This document shows, one piece after another, positions 13,181-27,139 of a stretch of DNA of 64,000 nt; the first letter of the stretch is position 1, and every line of letters starts with the position of its first letter. Source of the stretch: Octopus bimaculoides (taxonomy: Eukaryota); NCBI RefSeq assembly GCF_001194135.2, contig NC_068982.1, positions 19,736,897 to 19,800,896 on the forward strand, given 5' to 3'. The notes below the pieces were generated by a model. It saw nothing but the letters and a program-made list of their open reading frames with translations, searched no databases and was not told where the DNA came from. Both the position numbers and the translations under genes were made by a program.

Positions 13181-13695
13181 ATATACATATANNNNNNNNN
13201 NNNNNNNNNNNNNNNNNNNNNNNNNNNNNNNNNNNNNNNNNNNNNNNNNNNNNNNNNNNNNNNNNNNNNNNNNNNNNNNNNNNNNNNNNNNNNNNNNNNN
13301 TATATATATATATATATATATGTATGAGTGTGTGTGTGTATGCTTGTGTGTCTGTGTTTGTCCCCCAACATCGCTTGACAACCGATGGTGGTGTGTTTAC
13401 GTTCCCATAACTTAGCGGTTCAACAAAAGATTCCTGGTGTCGATTTGCCCGACTAAAGGTGGTGCTCCAGCATAGCCGCAGTCAAATGACTGAAAAAATA
13501 AAAGAGAGAGTCAAAACGATGCTTCATCTTTTCACTCTTTCTATTTATTAATTTTTTCATTTTCTTTTTGTTTTATTGAGGGTTAAACAATTTTTTTTTA
13601 GTGGCAGGAGATAAACAAATGTATTGATATTTCTCGTTAAACGCGAAGGAGATAACCCAGGTTTTTAATGGGGGTGAGATAACCAAGAGGTACCG
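12798..13695. mobile_element. degenerate MITE containing a nested family-A SINE
   Basis: CGGTAttttTTGGTTATCaCACCCCCATTA at the left end is inverted at the right end (TAATGGGGGTGaGATAACCAAgaggTACCG). Confidence 0.6.
13087..13510 (+). mobile_element. family A SINE, internally deleted and gapped
   Basis: Head ggcgcaggagtagctgtgtggtaagtagc; 3' part tgtgtttacgttcccataacttagcggtt...gtcaaatgactgaaa. Confidence 0.85.
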
Positions 13696-13764
13696 GTTTT
13701 ATATAACCACTTAATACATTTTTCTTCTGCCATGCAAAATTCCTGGCCTAATTACAGAACTCAC

Positions 13765-13875
13765 ATAGAAACGGTAGCAAATTCCCAGAAAACATTTGAT
13801 AATTTCTGAAGATAACCTAGAAATGCTGACGTCAGTGGAACATATACCGTCACAACAGTGAACTCAATACACAAA
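13765..13875 (-). CDS. candidate exon (LCIEFTVVTVYVPLTSAFLGYLQKLSNVFWEFATVS)
   Basis: Acceptor ctaattcaagtacctttAG and strong donor TAT|GTGAGT. It ends in phase 2, compatible with the 5517 exon. An alternative frame reads IIKCFLGICYRFY. Confidence 0.2.
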
Positions 13876-14504
13876 CTAAAGGTACTTGAATTAGCCTAAC
13901 ACCATGTGAAATTTCAAGCTTACACCAAATTGCAATCCAAAGTATGCAGGAAGCGAAATCAACATGATTACCCGCCTATGGGAAATAGAGTGTAGCAGTA
14001 AGTAGCCTATGAGGATTAGGGTTAACAGGTTCGTGATTATGTGTTCAATGACACTCTACTACGCAAAACACAACTGTCATCAATTATATCTTCGGTGGTG
14101 ACCAGTGCCTTCTGAGGAGAATTTGGTAAGCAGAAATTGTGTAGGAAGCTTTCGTGTGTGTGTGTGCATTTTCTGAGAAGTGAATTATGTGATAATTATT
14201 CTGCTCTGTGACCATAGACAAACACACCGATGAATTACGTTATAAGAAATAGAGTGAGCTAATGTTAATACTGGCCCGTTGAAGGATGTATATTCAACAA
14301 TGATATTTATATCACATTCGTATGTGGTATGCATTAACTGAATAAATAATTATCTCTGCTTTATCTTCTGCATGTCTCTTTAACAACGGCTATTCAAACA
14401 ATACTTGGGATTAATCCTCGGATAATACACAAACAGGTATGTATTGCTAAATATCTAATTGCTTATGCGATTATCAGCGTCGATGAGAGCCTCAGAGATT
14501 GAGT

Positions 14505-14551
<47 letters not shown>

Positions 14552-14778
14552 AGGAGAAGAAGAAGAAGAAGAAGAAGAAGAAGAAGAAGAAGAAGAAGAA
14601 GAAGAAGAAGAAGAAGAAGAAGAAGAAGAAGAAGAAGAAGAAGAAGAAGAAGAAGAAGAAGAAGAAGAAGAAGAAATTGGAGATATACAGTTATATGTAA
14701 AGACAAACAAAAAATATACAAGCACATATAAACACGCATAAGTATATCCAAAGATATACATCCGCTACACACATATAT

Positions 14779-14837
<59 letters not shown>

Positions 14838-14847
14838 NNNNNNNNNN

Positions 14848-14890
<43 letters not shown>

Positions 14891-14984
14891 TACACACACA
14901 TACATATATACATATAGTTGTATGGAAAGAGAGAGAGAGGAAGAGAGAGAGAAAGCGATAGCTACAATTGCTACAGGGCATCAT

Positions 14985-15175
14985 TTGTTCTGGGGGCGGG
15001 TGGTAGTTCAGTCGATTATATTGTCCCAGTACTTGACTGTACTTTATTTTATTGGCCCCGAAACAATGAAAGGCTAATTCGGCCTCAGCCGAGCTTGAAT
15101 TCATAATGTAAAGCCAGAAAATTGCTACAAATATTTTTTCAGGCACGATAACTATTATGCCAGCTCACCACCTTA
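14985..15175 (-). mobile_element. family B SINE, degenerate
   Basis: gtcgattatattgtcccagtacttgactgtactttattttattggccccgaaacaatgaaaggc...ccagctcaccacc. Confidence 0.7.
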
Positions 15176-15213
15176 AAATAGACATGCATTTCAAGCTTCG
15201 ACATCGGCTGTGT

Positions 15214-15273
15214 GTGTATACGTGTCAATAAATGTGTATACGTGTCAATAAATATGTATACGTGTCAATAAAT
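15214..15273. repeat. 20-bp tandem repeat x3
   Basis: Unit gtgtatacgtgtcaataaat. Confidence 0.95.
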
Positions 15274-16220
15274 GTGTTGATCTTATATGTATGTGCGATG
15301 TATGCAATCTTCTTTTGCCATCTAATTATAGCATTTGCTAATATTGATATATTCCGTGATAGATATCTATAATTTTACAAGCTATCTACGATTGCAGTTC
15401 ATGATGCTGATAATCTTATTCATTTATTCTTGCATTTATATATCAAGTCACTGAATCATTTACGTATGCAATAAATGAGTGTGCATTGAAAATACGCATC
15501 TTATATTCAATGATTCTATCAAATAACATATGTAGCGGTGTGGACATTCATTATTATTTTGAAACCAACATTTAATTATCATTCTCCATATATTCTCAAA
15601 CATTTGCAACCATCTAACACTTTCAGAAACAAAATAAAATTGTTTGTATATTCATTCGAATTTTCACAAAGGTGACTCTTTCGAAGTGAAAACAGGAAAT
15701 CTCAAAGGTGCATTGTTACATTCCATAGCACAATGGAAATTATTACTATCACGCGATAAATTATATCTACAGTAGGCAGTTACCTTATGTAAATAACAGC
15801 AATCATCAGTATATAACTTTAAGGATGATTGATTATACAGTAACAGAAGTATGGGAATTATTCATAATATTTAAAATCTCTTGCGTCTATTCAGGATTTC
15901 TCTAAATTTTATCATACACATTGATTTCCTTACTTCATAATGTCCTTGGTATAGTTTTGCATATTAAAACGGAAAGCGTATGAAAACATGCCAAAACCTA
16001 ATCTCCATCAGCATCTGTTTCTCTTCTGATATTAGAAATTCCGTATCTGAGCGGAAACTCTCATTGGAAATAAAATATCACAGATATTTTAATGTCTCCT
16101 CATATCTTCTAAACATGCATGGCAATCACTCTACATGTTATAGGAAAAGGAAAAACAAGAAAAGAAAAATGAAGAAAAAAGGAGGGGAACAAGCAGCAGA
16201 TGACGGAAGTGTGGAGAGTG

Positions 16221-16332
16221 GTAAACCTCAAATCCCAGAACAAGTCGGGTGCTCAGCCGCACCCTGCGATAGCGTCGCTGCTTGCCAGCGACACTCGCTA
16301 CAGTAGCCAATCCACAGGGAATCGCAATTTAC
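16221..16332. other. CpG-rich multi-stem structured element of unknown class
   Basis: Nested complementary pairs GTAAA/TTTAC, GGGTGC/GCACCC, TGCGAT/ATCGCA and (AGC)GTCGCTG/CAGCGAC(GCT). Confidence 0.4.
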
Positions 16333-17894
16333 ACCTGATTAGTTAAAAGTTTATTCAGACCGTTAGAGCAGCTTCAAAATGTTATGAGTTACTCATTGCT
16401 GACAACACTAATGAAAACCAACTAGTTGCTTACTCAATAGCTCATAACCCAAACTTGAGCGCAATAGCAATTAAATTATAGTCTTCTTTGCACACAGAAG
16501 TTAATTTGTCAAAGGGGATATCATCATTACTTGCAATATTAGCAGTGATTAATTATGTAACTTTCATTCTCATTAACACTCGAGATGATATATGTAAACG
16601 TGTTGTAATACAGCACCACTTTACACGTGGTAATCGAAACATGATATGTTAGATATATAAATCTATATCAACTACATATAGGATATATGTATGTACGTCA
16701 TTATTAAGTCTTATTTCAAGATGTCTTGCCAATTGAGAAAGAGTCGGTTCCTAACCTAGATTCAAGGCTCCATTGGAATTTCAACAACATCAACATGGTA
16801 TTTTTGTATGTATTTATGTATGTATGTTTACGTGCAGATTTGTATGTCTTGTTTTATGTGTGTCTTCTCACGCATACATATATACGTAAAAGATAAACTT
16901 CTGGAAAGTTTTACATATTATTACCATACCGGTGATGGTTTGAATATGTATGCATGTATGTATTTATGTATGCATGTATGTATTTATATATGCATGTATG
17001 TATTTATGTATGCATGCATGTATGTACATTTATATTTGTGTAGTTGAATAAAATTTGCGTAAAAATCTTTCAGTATGATATGCAAAGCTATCCATACTTT
17101 TAGGTTATCGGATGTCGGGAATTCCAACCACGTTTCCGAGGTTCGCTACCTCAAAAGTTCCTTTATAGAATCCAGTGGGAATACTCTTGTATTGAATATA
17201 CATCTGGAATTCCAAAGTATTCGTAGAGTTTATATAAAGAGATGACTAAGAGAAAATGGATAGAACAACATTTTTCATTTGAAATAAAAAATGTGGATCC
17301 ATCCATTCTTTTTTATTCACTTCTATACATATATATATTTGTATATATGTATGCATTAATGTATGTATGTAAGCATGTATATGTATATATACTAATGTAA
17401 ATCTACAGATATAGATAATTAAATATCTATAATTAAATACATGTAAACACATACATTCACAAGGTCACACACATTTTTTAAACAATGACATAAATCAACT
17501 TCAAGAAACACTTTTGCAATGTGTATTAGGATTTCTATGTATTATTTGAAAGATATATTTCACTTATCAATTATGCAAAGCGTGACCAAGAAAGTACAAT
17601 TTATATAATGGATTTCAACCATTAATAATACCATCTATGGCATTAACAGAAAGCAAATATATGCTGCATCTACATTCATAGATTATTTGTCAGTCGCCTC
17701 TTTCTAACTGGTGACTTTTATCACCTTTTACTTTAGAGATTTCGAATTATTATAACAATATTTTTGATGTTTTACTTATATAACTACTTAAAATTCAAAG
17801 TTTCATCAATAACGAAATATATATCATTGATATTCGTACGGTTATATTTATAAACACTGAATGCGTTGTTAGCAGCACATAGTAACATATTAGT

Positions 17895-18040
17895 GTGGGA
17901 AGAACTTCCTTCACAACCACATGGTTTAAAGTTCGATCGCAAAGCGAGGTGAACTGGGCGATTGTCTTCTGCTATAGCCCCGGATCGACTAAAGACTTGT
18001 GAGAGGAATAGTGGTCAGAAATTGAAAGGAGCCAATTGCG
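17895..18040 (+). mobile_element. family A SINE, old
   Basis: caaccacatggtttaaagttcgat...ttgtcttctgctatagccccgg..gacttgtgag. Confidence 0.7.
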
Positions 18041-18052
18041 CGTGTGCGCACG

Positions 18053-18098
<46 letters not shown>

Positions 18099-18688
18099 CA
18101 CACACACACACACACACAAATGGACTAAAATGTAGAAAACGCCGCTCCTGCATTGTCGTAATCCAATGACTAAAGCAAATTAAAGATAGACGATTAAAGG
18201 CAATTGTTAACTGTTGTGTCACTACGAACGTCATTCGTTGCTCACCAGCACAAGCCTTTTGAAAACTCTTTAATCAGTGACGTCACCACGATTGTATGAG
18301 AAACGAATGCACAAATCGAAATTGACAGATCAGCATTTCAAGGTAGAATACAAATACAAGTTGTTAATTTCATCAACAATGCTAAGAAGGCACACACCAT
18401 TCAGTTACATAAATGGGATGGTTATTGACGATCCCAATGAATCTTTTAACGATGATGAAAAGATCAGGTTACGCATCAACTATGCCTTATATTGCATCTT
18501 GCTGGGGAAAAGCCTTTAGTTTTAGTAATACGAGTCCATGGAAATGGAAATTGGATGACATACGGAAATAAATCAGAGAAATAAAAGCATTGTTAACTGC
18601 AAATGTTCTTTTCTTGTCGATAGAGAGATTTGAAATGTTTGAACTGGATAATTAATTCTACCCATACTACTACATATATATGTGTGTC

Positions 18689-18734
<46 letters not shown>

Positions 18735-18786
18735 TGTGTGTGTTTATGTGTGTATGTGTGTGTTTGTGTGTGGGGGGTGCGTGTGG

Positions 18787-18819
<33 letters not shown>

Positions 18820-18822
18820 CGT

Positions 18823-18917
18823 AAGGTGGTGAGCTGACAGAAACGTTAGCACGCCGGGTGAAATACGCAGCGGTATTTCGTCTGTCTTTACGTTCTGAGT
18901 TCAAATTCCACCGAGGT
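18823..18917 (+). mobile_element. family B SINE 5' half (runs into a gap)
   Basis: aaggtggtgagctgacagaaacgttagcacgccgggtgaaat...gttctgagttcaaattccaccgaggt. Confidence 0.9.
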
Positions 18918-19249
18918 NNNNNNNNNNNNNNNNNNNNNNNNNNNNNNNNNNNNNNNNNNNNNNNNNNNNNNNNNNNNNNNNNNNNNNNNNNNNNNNNNNN
19001 NNNNNNNNNNNNNNNNNNNNNNNNNNNNNNNNNNNNNNNNNNNNNNNNNNNNNNNNNNNNNNNNNNNNNNNNNNNNNNNNNNNNNNNNNNNNNNNNNNNN
19101 NNNNNNNNNNNNNNNNNNNNNNNNNNNNNNNNNNNNNNNNNNNNNNNNNNNNNNNNNNNNNNNNNNNNNNNNNNATATATATATTCGTGCATATACATGT
19201 AAGCATACAAAAATGTATATATATACATAAGTGTGCATATGAATGTGTG

Positions 19250-19460
19250 TATGCATATAGTGGTTACGGTGTTCGATTCATGATCATCAGATTGTGGTTT
19301 CGATTCCTAGACTAGTCAATGACTTGTGTTCGTGAGCAAAAATTTGATTTTAAGTTTCTCCAGTTCGTCGTCTATGCAGTTGAATAATCCATTGATGGTC
19401 CGGCGTTCCGTCGATGGCCGAATATACTCGCCGGAGAAACCGGGAAACCAGCCCTGTGCT
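19250..19460 (+). mobile_element. degenerate tRNA-derived SINE (third family)
   Basis: A-box tagtggttacggtgttcgattc, B-box gtttcgattcc, tgtgttcgtgagcaaaa, and a 3' part gatggtccggcgttccgtc..gaaaccgggaaacc. Confidence 0.6.
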
Positions 19461-22034
19461 TCTTCTATATGGTTAAGATTAAACGTGTATACACACACAC
19501 ATATATGTGTGTGTGTGTGCGTGAGTGCGTGTGTGCTTGTGTGTGTGTCTGTGGGTATGTGTGTGCACATGCGTACTTTTATATAGTAATGGCTCGGTAG
19601 GTTATTGCAAGGAAAATTGAATTGGCAACGGTGTTCCAGAAGATCAATATTCTATAATATGAGGAGTATGGGCAGTGGTTACTGTTGAACGTCGAAGAGG
19701 CCAAACGTTTGTGAAGTATGAAGAGATGCATCATTCAGCAGACTTGGAGAGTTATACAAGAGAGTAAAAGAGGTAGAGACGGGAGAGTATATATGCTACC
19801 GATCATGAGATTGTATCACATATGACACCTCCATCAACTAACTCAGTTCTCCCCCAATTTCCTTTTTATGGTTACTTACTAGTAGGGATATATGGATTTC
19901 AACAGCACCATCTGAACAGTAGATGCTAGATCATGTTGCTCTGGCGTGATATTTGTTGCGGGATGCAGTTAAAGGTATGGGCTAAAATATTTTTCTGATA
20001 AGAGAACGTAAATCTTTGTGATTAACTTTTTCCTACGTTAAAGGCTTGTCTTTCCCAGTATTCTCAGTGATTGCAAAACCTACCACTTATTATGTTCTAC
20101 TCGGATTTCATTCAGACCTTTAACTTTTATTCAATACTATTTATAGATATGGGGAATGTGTATTTTTTGTTGTTAACGTAAAGAATTTTGGCATAATTCC
20201 ATTGAAAAATCTTTTCATGACTTTAGTTCATCAACTCAGTGAATATTAGGCGAGAGGTATCAAGTTACATTACAATGACGCCTGGATATGGAGGCTTGCA
20301 AAGTGAAGAATGTTTTCTTTTGAAAAAGATATAGTTGTGCTAAAAGTTCTTGCAAACAGATGGAGCTATGTAGATATGAAATGCAAAAAGCAACATTGCA
20401 GTCTAATGTTGCATGGTTCAGAGTTGATAAACTGTGTTCTAGATGGTGCTCTATAAGTACGCCATGGGATATTTCAGTCTGACAGGATACCACAAATCCA
20501 AGAGAAATGGACGCATCAGTTTTGTCATGACTGTACTACTCAAACTGGTATATATATTATCATCTGAATTATGGAGGTGTCTAATATATAGCTGAGTCAA
20601 GAACCTGGGAATATTGTTCTAGTAACATAAGGGAATAACTGGCATAGAAGACAATATTTTGACATTTCTAAATCGATATATCTTGTTAGACAAGTATCTA
20701 GTATTTCTGTCAGCTAAAATTAGCTAATTCAAGTATCCACCAAAAGAAAAAGTGTCTAACTTTTTAAGTTCAAAGCAAAATCGGTCAATTTTTAAGTTCA
20801 AAACAAAATCGGTCATTAATTTTTCTTAAAATACGAGTAGAAATTTTAGCTTTTAAATAAATTAATTGATTATGAACTCTATTACGTATCGAATGCGACA
20901 GATAGTTATCAACAATCCAATATTATAAACAAATGATCGTTAATCTTATTAAGGTATCAGCTGCCACATATTTAATGCATGGTGATGACAAAGACTAACC
21001 AGCGTCCTTGTCAGACGTGTCTTCAAAATAATAGCAGGTGAAAATAATTTAAATCAATGGATATTAATAAAAACAAACACTCTAAAAATTTAAGCAGATT
21101 TATAACCTCCGATATATATCTGATGATAGAGAGAGAAAGGGAGAGAGAGAGACAGACAGAGAGAGAGATAGACAGACACAGAGACAGAGAGAGAAACAAA
21201 GAGAAATAGAGACAGAGACAGAGACAGACAGGCAGACAGACAAGCAGACAGACAAGCAGACAGAGACAGAGACAGGGACAGAAAGAAATACAGACAGAAA
21301 TGGAGAAAATAGGAGAAACTATAAATTAGACGTTAAACAAATTTAAATGACAACTCATTGCTAACTTCCGGATTTTTGCCCACTGTTGTGAAGTTATTTT
21401 GAAATGGTTGAAATGGTGAAATTACTAGTTAAGCATAAACTGGCAATTTTAATTTATGATATTATTCGTATTTTTTCTTTCAGAGTGTAAAGGAAGTTAT
21501 ATCGTGTTTAAATATCGATTCTGTCCAGAAACTTGCAAGGCATGGATACAGAAAGCTAATCAAGCTTAATATATTAGTGTGAAACCAGTGATCCAGGATA
21601 CCCTTTAACTGTTTGTGACGGGAAAATTTGATCCATAATCCATTTCATCCAGTTTAAAAGGTATGAGAAAAACAATATCTGACATCTTGAACACTTTCCC
21701 TTCTTGCGAGAGGATGAGAAATAGTCACAGAGAAGGAAAAAGTGAAAGAAAGAGAAAATATATCACGTTGTTACCGTCTAAGTCAAAAAATCTAAGGCCC
21801 GTTAGCAGCACTTTTCTGTGTCCACTTTCTCCGATTATTGGATTAGTCACTTCGCACGGGAATTCAACTCGTACAAGTCTTCTGCAAATATATAATATTG
21901 GTTTGAATTTTATCTATTCTAGCTGTGGTTAAGCATAAACCTCAGTCTATGTGAATAAATAATGTACTGCAATCTAACCTGTTTTCTACCCTTACTACAA
22001 TCACCATAAGTGCTGCAAATTCACAGTATCATTA

Positions 22035-22195
22035 GCTTGTCGGACGAAATGCTAATCGTCATTTCTTTAGACTTTAGGCTCTTTCATCTTTCGAGATCGA
22101 TAAAATAAGTACTAGTTAAACAATGGGGTCGATGTAATCGACTAAACTTTCCCACCAAAATTTCAACCCTTGTGCCTATAGTACAAAAAATTATT
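22035..22195 (+). mobile_element. family B SINE, degenerate
   Basis: tttcatctttcgagatcgataaaataagtactagtt..ggggtcgatgtaatcgac. Confidence 0.7.
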
Positions 22196-22662
22196 ACGAT
22201 GACCATATTTCAGACTGGAAACGTAACAAGTTGTCTGATGATTTTCTTATGGACTATACTTTTCAATGGATAAAATCCTCGTTAAGAAAGATGTGTTCTC
22301 ATAGTACTCCTCCCCCCATCTCTCTCTCTCAACCTCCACTCTCTCTCACTCTCACCTTGTCTCTCCCTGTCTCTTTCCATCTCTCTCCGTTTCACTCCGT
22401 CTCTCCATTTCTTTCTCCAACTTCCTTTTTCTCCCTCTAACTTTTCTATTCTGTTTTAGAAAATACTTTTAAAAAAGTAGTTTATTTTCTGTAACTATAT
22501 TTAATACTAAATTTAACATATTTCTGTATGATGATGGCCATAATTGTAGTTTGTTTAAGACAATGACTGCAAACGTGGAATATAGCAATAATAATAATAA
22601 CAACAACAACAACAACAACAGCAGCAGCAGCAGCAACAACAATAACGACAACAACAACAATC

Positions 22663-22724
<62 letters not shown>

Positions 22725-22740
22725 AATAATAATAATAAGC

Positions 22741-23650
22741 AGATGGGAACAGAAACCTCTGCATGGCAAGTATGTGGGCCATATCAAACAACCTGATGTC
22801 GATCAGAATCACACGCATCAATGGTTACGAAGCTCATGGCTTAAAACAGAGAGTGAAGGTTTCATATTGGCTGCTCAAGACCAAAGCTTATTAACCCAGA
22901 ACTATCCAGCCAATGTGATAAAAAATGGAGCTGACCCACAATGCCGATTCTGTAACGATGAGATTGAAACTATAGATCAACTACTCTCAGAGTGTAGAGT
23001 CTTAGCACCTGTAGAATATAAAGCAAGATATGACAGAGTCGGCCAATATTTACACTGTACAATATGCCGGCATAATAAAACAAAACCGCTGACAAATGGT
23101 ATAAACACCATCCTGAAGCTGTGACTGGGGGAGAAAATGTGTCGATTCTATAGCACTTCCCCGTACATACCGACAAATCTATGAACGCTAATAAACCGGA
23201 TGTTATTATAAAAGATCAGACAAAGAAGATGTGTTTATTAATTGACATGAGTATTGCTTGCGATCATAATATAGCGGCGAATGAATTTGACAAGATCAGT
23301 AAATATAAAGACTTGCTAATAGAAATTGAAAACAATGTGGCATCTCAAGGCGACTACCGTACCAGTGATTGTAGAATCTCTCGGAATGATAAAAAAAAAT
23401 GGTACTGAAACCTATTTGAAAATGATACCAGGCTTACCATCCCTACAGGAAATGCAAAAAATCGTATCAACTGGAACGACTCATGTACTGAGAAGAGCAT
23501 TATCGCTGTGAAAACAACATCCATTCATGAATTTATTTATTTATTAATTTGTTTTAAATACATATTTTACCTGTGAATTTGCGTGTGTAAACTGGGAATG
23601 CATACAATGAGCTTCTCTGCACTAGGTGTACGGAAAACACTCGGCGAGAA
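22741..23650 (+). mobile_element. R4/Dong-like RLE LINE, 5'-truncated 3' fragment (CCHC zinc finger and restriction-like endonuclease)
   Basis: WEQKPLHGKY..ESEGFILAAQDQSL..CRFCNDEIETIDQLLSEC..NKPDVII..LLIDMS..KISKYKDL..LRRALS with frameshifts. Preceded by an (AAT/CAA) array. Confidence 0.92.
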
Positions 23651-23654
23651 CAGA

Positions 23655-24597
23655 ACAGTGTGTGGATATAAAATTGGTGACGAGAAAATAAGTCATCTAT
23701 TTTATATGGAGGACTTCAAGTTCTATGGCAAAGACGATAATGAACTTGAAGGTCTATTACGTACTGTGAAAGCATTCAGTGAAGACATCGGGACGTAATT
23801 TAGTCTTCGTAAATATACCAAGACCACTTTCCAGAAAGGGAAATTGAAGACCTCACATTCATCGGTGTTGGTTGTTAGCACAGTCATAAAAGAAATCAAG
23901 CAGGAACAAACTGATATATTACCTCGGAATAAATGAGGATTCTACCATTCAGCACGCAAGCATGAAAGAGAAGATCGGGAAGGAATGTTACAGAAGGAGT
24001 CCTAAAATCCGAGTTAAAGAAGGTGTTAGCTATAAATTCCTTAGCAGTTCCGGTTGTTATTTACAGTTTCAATCTGTTGAACCGGAATATGAGCAGAATT
24101 AGGAAGATTGACAGGAAAATCCGTAAGCTACTGCCTTGCAAAAAGATGCACCATCCAAAAGCAGACGCAGATCGTCTTTACTTACCCAGAGCTCCAGAAT
24201 GTCGGGGCGTGATCCAATTTGAAATCCCTTACAAAACTGCACACAATTGAACTGGTGAAATATCTTGAAACATCTAACGACTGGATGCTAAAGCTCGTTG
24301 AAAAGCATGAAAGACGCAAGAAGCTTCATTCTGTTATGAAGGAGAACAAAACATTTCCAAGTGAGTTTATGCATAATACCCAGGTTGAACAGCATGATGG
24401 AAGTACGGCAAATGTAGTTGCAAAGAACGTGAAATAAGTAGCAAAATAAAATATGTTTGAACAATTGGCTGATAGGTAGGAATGAAAACCACTGCATAGA
24501 AAATACGTGACTCGTAGAAAACAAGCTGCTGTAGACCAGAAGCACATCCATCAGGCAGAGAGTGAAGGATTTATCTTGGCTGCTCAAAATCAGAACT
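23655..24597 (+). mobile_element. second R4/Dong-like LINE fragment (late RT and thumb)
   Basis: ISHLFYMEDFKFYGKDDNELEGLLRTVKAFSEDIG; AINSLAVPVVIYSF; IDRKIRKLL..MHHPKADADRLYLPR; ends AESEGFILAAQNQ. Contains stops and frameshifts. Confidence 0.92.
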
Positions 24598-24796
<199 letters not shown>

Positions 24797-27066
24797 TAAT
24801 GAGATTGTTGTTGATGTTATTCAAGTTATAAATTTTCATTATCTATATTGTTTCTTCAGACTTACCCTGCTCGATTAACGTATCTCTTAAGATGAGAGTT
24901 GATACATCTGTTGCATTATTAATTAACTAACGCACTAGAAAAACAATAATCTCTGGCGTACTTTTCTACATTTAAAGAAAAGATTCCTTGTGTATGTAAA
25001 CACGTATCTATTCCCGACTCAAAATAGTTCTCTAAGCATGCGGAAGGAGATAATACTACAGCAATAGCTACTGGATGTTTCCTATCTGCCAATTAATTTT
25101 TGTTCAACACTGATAAATCTTCTAGTATTTATGTGTTTATCTTCTTACAATAAATTTTATGAGCATTGCACTCACGATTTTACAGAAATGAGGTAAGGGA
25201 ATAATCTCTTGGTAGCTGAATATTAGTTCTCTTCTTCTTTAAATTCTTGAACATTACACGCATGCGCGCACGCACACACATGCACACAAACACATATATA
25301 TATACATGTGCATATATGCATATGTAAATAAATATTTATACATGTGTGTGTGTGGATAAATCGTCATCAATCCAAATCAGTCGAGGAAAAGAAGTGAAAT
25401 TGAAAATGAAAATGCAAAGTGAATATAGTAGAATCAATTAGAATTTGATTATATATTAAAATATAGAAATGCACCTGACAGGTTTCACATAAGATTTTCA
25501 AAAGTGTACGGAGTTGTGTCGCGAATTATAACTATTTTGTCTGTTGTTATAACAATAGTTTGTTTATAAAGTAGGGATATAGCTCAGGACGCTATCGGCT
25601 AATGTACAAAGTGATTGGTCAACGTTAATGTATTACGCACATGTGACAGTCACGTGAGAAAGTCACATAAAGGCTTTTCTGTACTGAATATGTCATATGA
25701 CGTTAGGAAAGAATGATATGAATAAGTATTAAAATACTTGCTTACTTATAAATTTATAAATGAATATTGGTTATTATTCTACCGTAAGTACTTGTTCCCG
25801 CCCTTTGAAAATGATACAACATATCCTTTCTTTGTTAATAAGGCGTGGGGTAAGTAAGATAACGGAGTGTGGAGAAAATAAGATAGATGACAGCTACTAC
25901 ATGAATTTTGATTTTATTTACGACGACACAATTAGACATTCTACAATAATTAATTCATAAGTAAAGGAAAATCGTGCATTACTGTTATCTTTATTACGTG
26001 TTCAGCAGTGGATTGTACATTTTGTATTAATGAACTTCGCTTATTATATCTTGTTTGGTTTTGTGTATTGTGTGTAAATTGACAGAGGGGAAAGACAAGA
26101 AATTTGGGATACATGGCTTCGAGTATGCGTCCAGATGTTCACTAAGTGGAATTTGTCTTGTTTTTGGATCACGTATTTGTTGACGATCAATATATAATCT
26201 CATTATTAAAGTGATTTTAATTTCTCCCATGTCGCCTTCCCTGCATCCATTGCATTTGATGACAGAAAAACAATTAAAATGTTGCTTTTTTTACAGTAAA
26301 ATCTTGTCCTGATATAAATTTACACCTTGTGTCCTCAAGAATGATCTAACAAGTTCCACGACTGGACCAGTCATACCATTTAACTACTGGAGTTGAGTAC
26401 ATAGTTGGTAGTTTCATGTGGTGAGTAGCTTTTCTCTAGATTTTGTTTGGGTTTGCATTTGATCTTGTGCCTTTGCTCATTACTTGGTCATCACTCAAAA
26501 TGGCATATTATGATGCATAATGCTGACATTTTAGGAGAGGTTTTAACATAACGTATATTCATTGTTATTTGGACACAAGGAAGTGTAAATTAAGATTTAC
26601 ATACTGTTCAAGAAATTATACCTTATTACACATCTACGTGTATGTCTGTGCATGAGTGTGTATAGTAACGACTTTTCTAGGTAGGTAGGCAGGCGGGCAG
26701 GCAGGCAGACAGGCAGGCAGGTAGGCAGGCAGGCAGGCAGGCAGGCAGGTAGGTAGGTAGGTAGGTAGGTAATTTCTTTGGCACGATGTAAATTTTACGC
26801 TTGTCTTCCCAGTGAACAAATAACCATAATCATGAAAAATTAATTTCTATTTAGAACTGCCGGCTAAATAAACTTCACATATTATGAGTATAATCCACTG
26901 AAATGAGGCAATAATCATTTACAAAACAACTATATCTTAATTAAAAACGAATATTTAAACACACATCGTTGCTTCAGCAACACTTTCAATAAGCTCTAAA
27001 TGTATGTACACACAAACGCACAAATATATACACACATGCACTCACGCACTCACACACACATACGCA

Positions 27067-27103
<37 letters not shown>

Positions 27104-27139
27104 GTGTAAAGTTATTAACTATTTCTTTTGTTTTTCTCA

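Noticed and set aside
16198-16240. Possible SECIS element (ATGA...AAA...GA) or C/D snoRNA boxes
   Set aside because: ATGA-to-AAA spacing is 19 nt rather than about 11-13, and the C box has two mismatches with no terminal stem.
19316-19570. Protein-like ORF (EEAQGWFPGFSGEYIRPSTERR..LEKLKIKF) on the minus strand
   Set aside because: It is the antisense reading of a degenerate tRNA-derived SINE (A/B boxes at about 19255-19310).
21775-21881. Splice-bounded open frame RLVRVEFPCEVTNPIIGESGHRKVLLTGLRFFDLD (minus strand)
   Set aside because: Only 35 codons with no recognisable family. Equally good splice pairs at about 19.9 kb and 40.8 kb are closed in all frames, showing such pairs arise by chance.
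25600-25705. Cluster of CCAAT, E-box and CRE-like motifs suggesting a promoter
   Set aside because: Short motifs expected by chance, with no downstream first exon or CpG island to support them.
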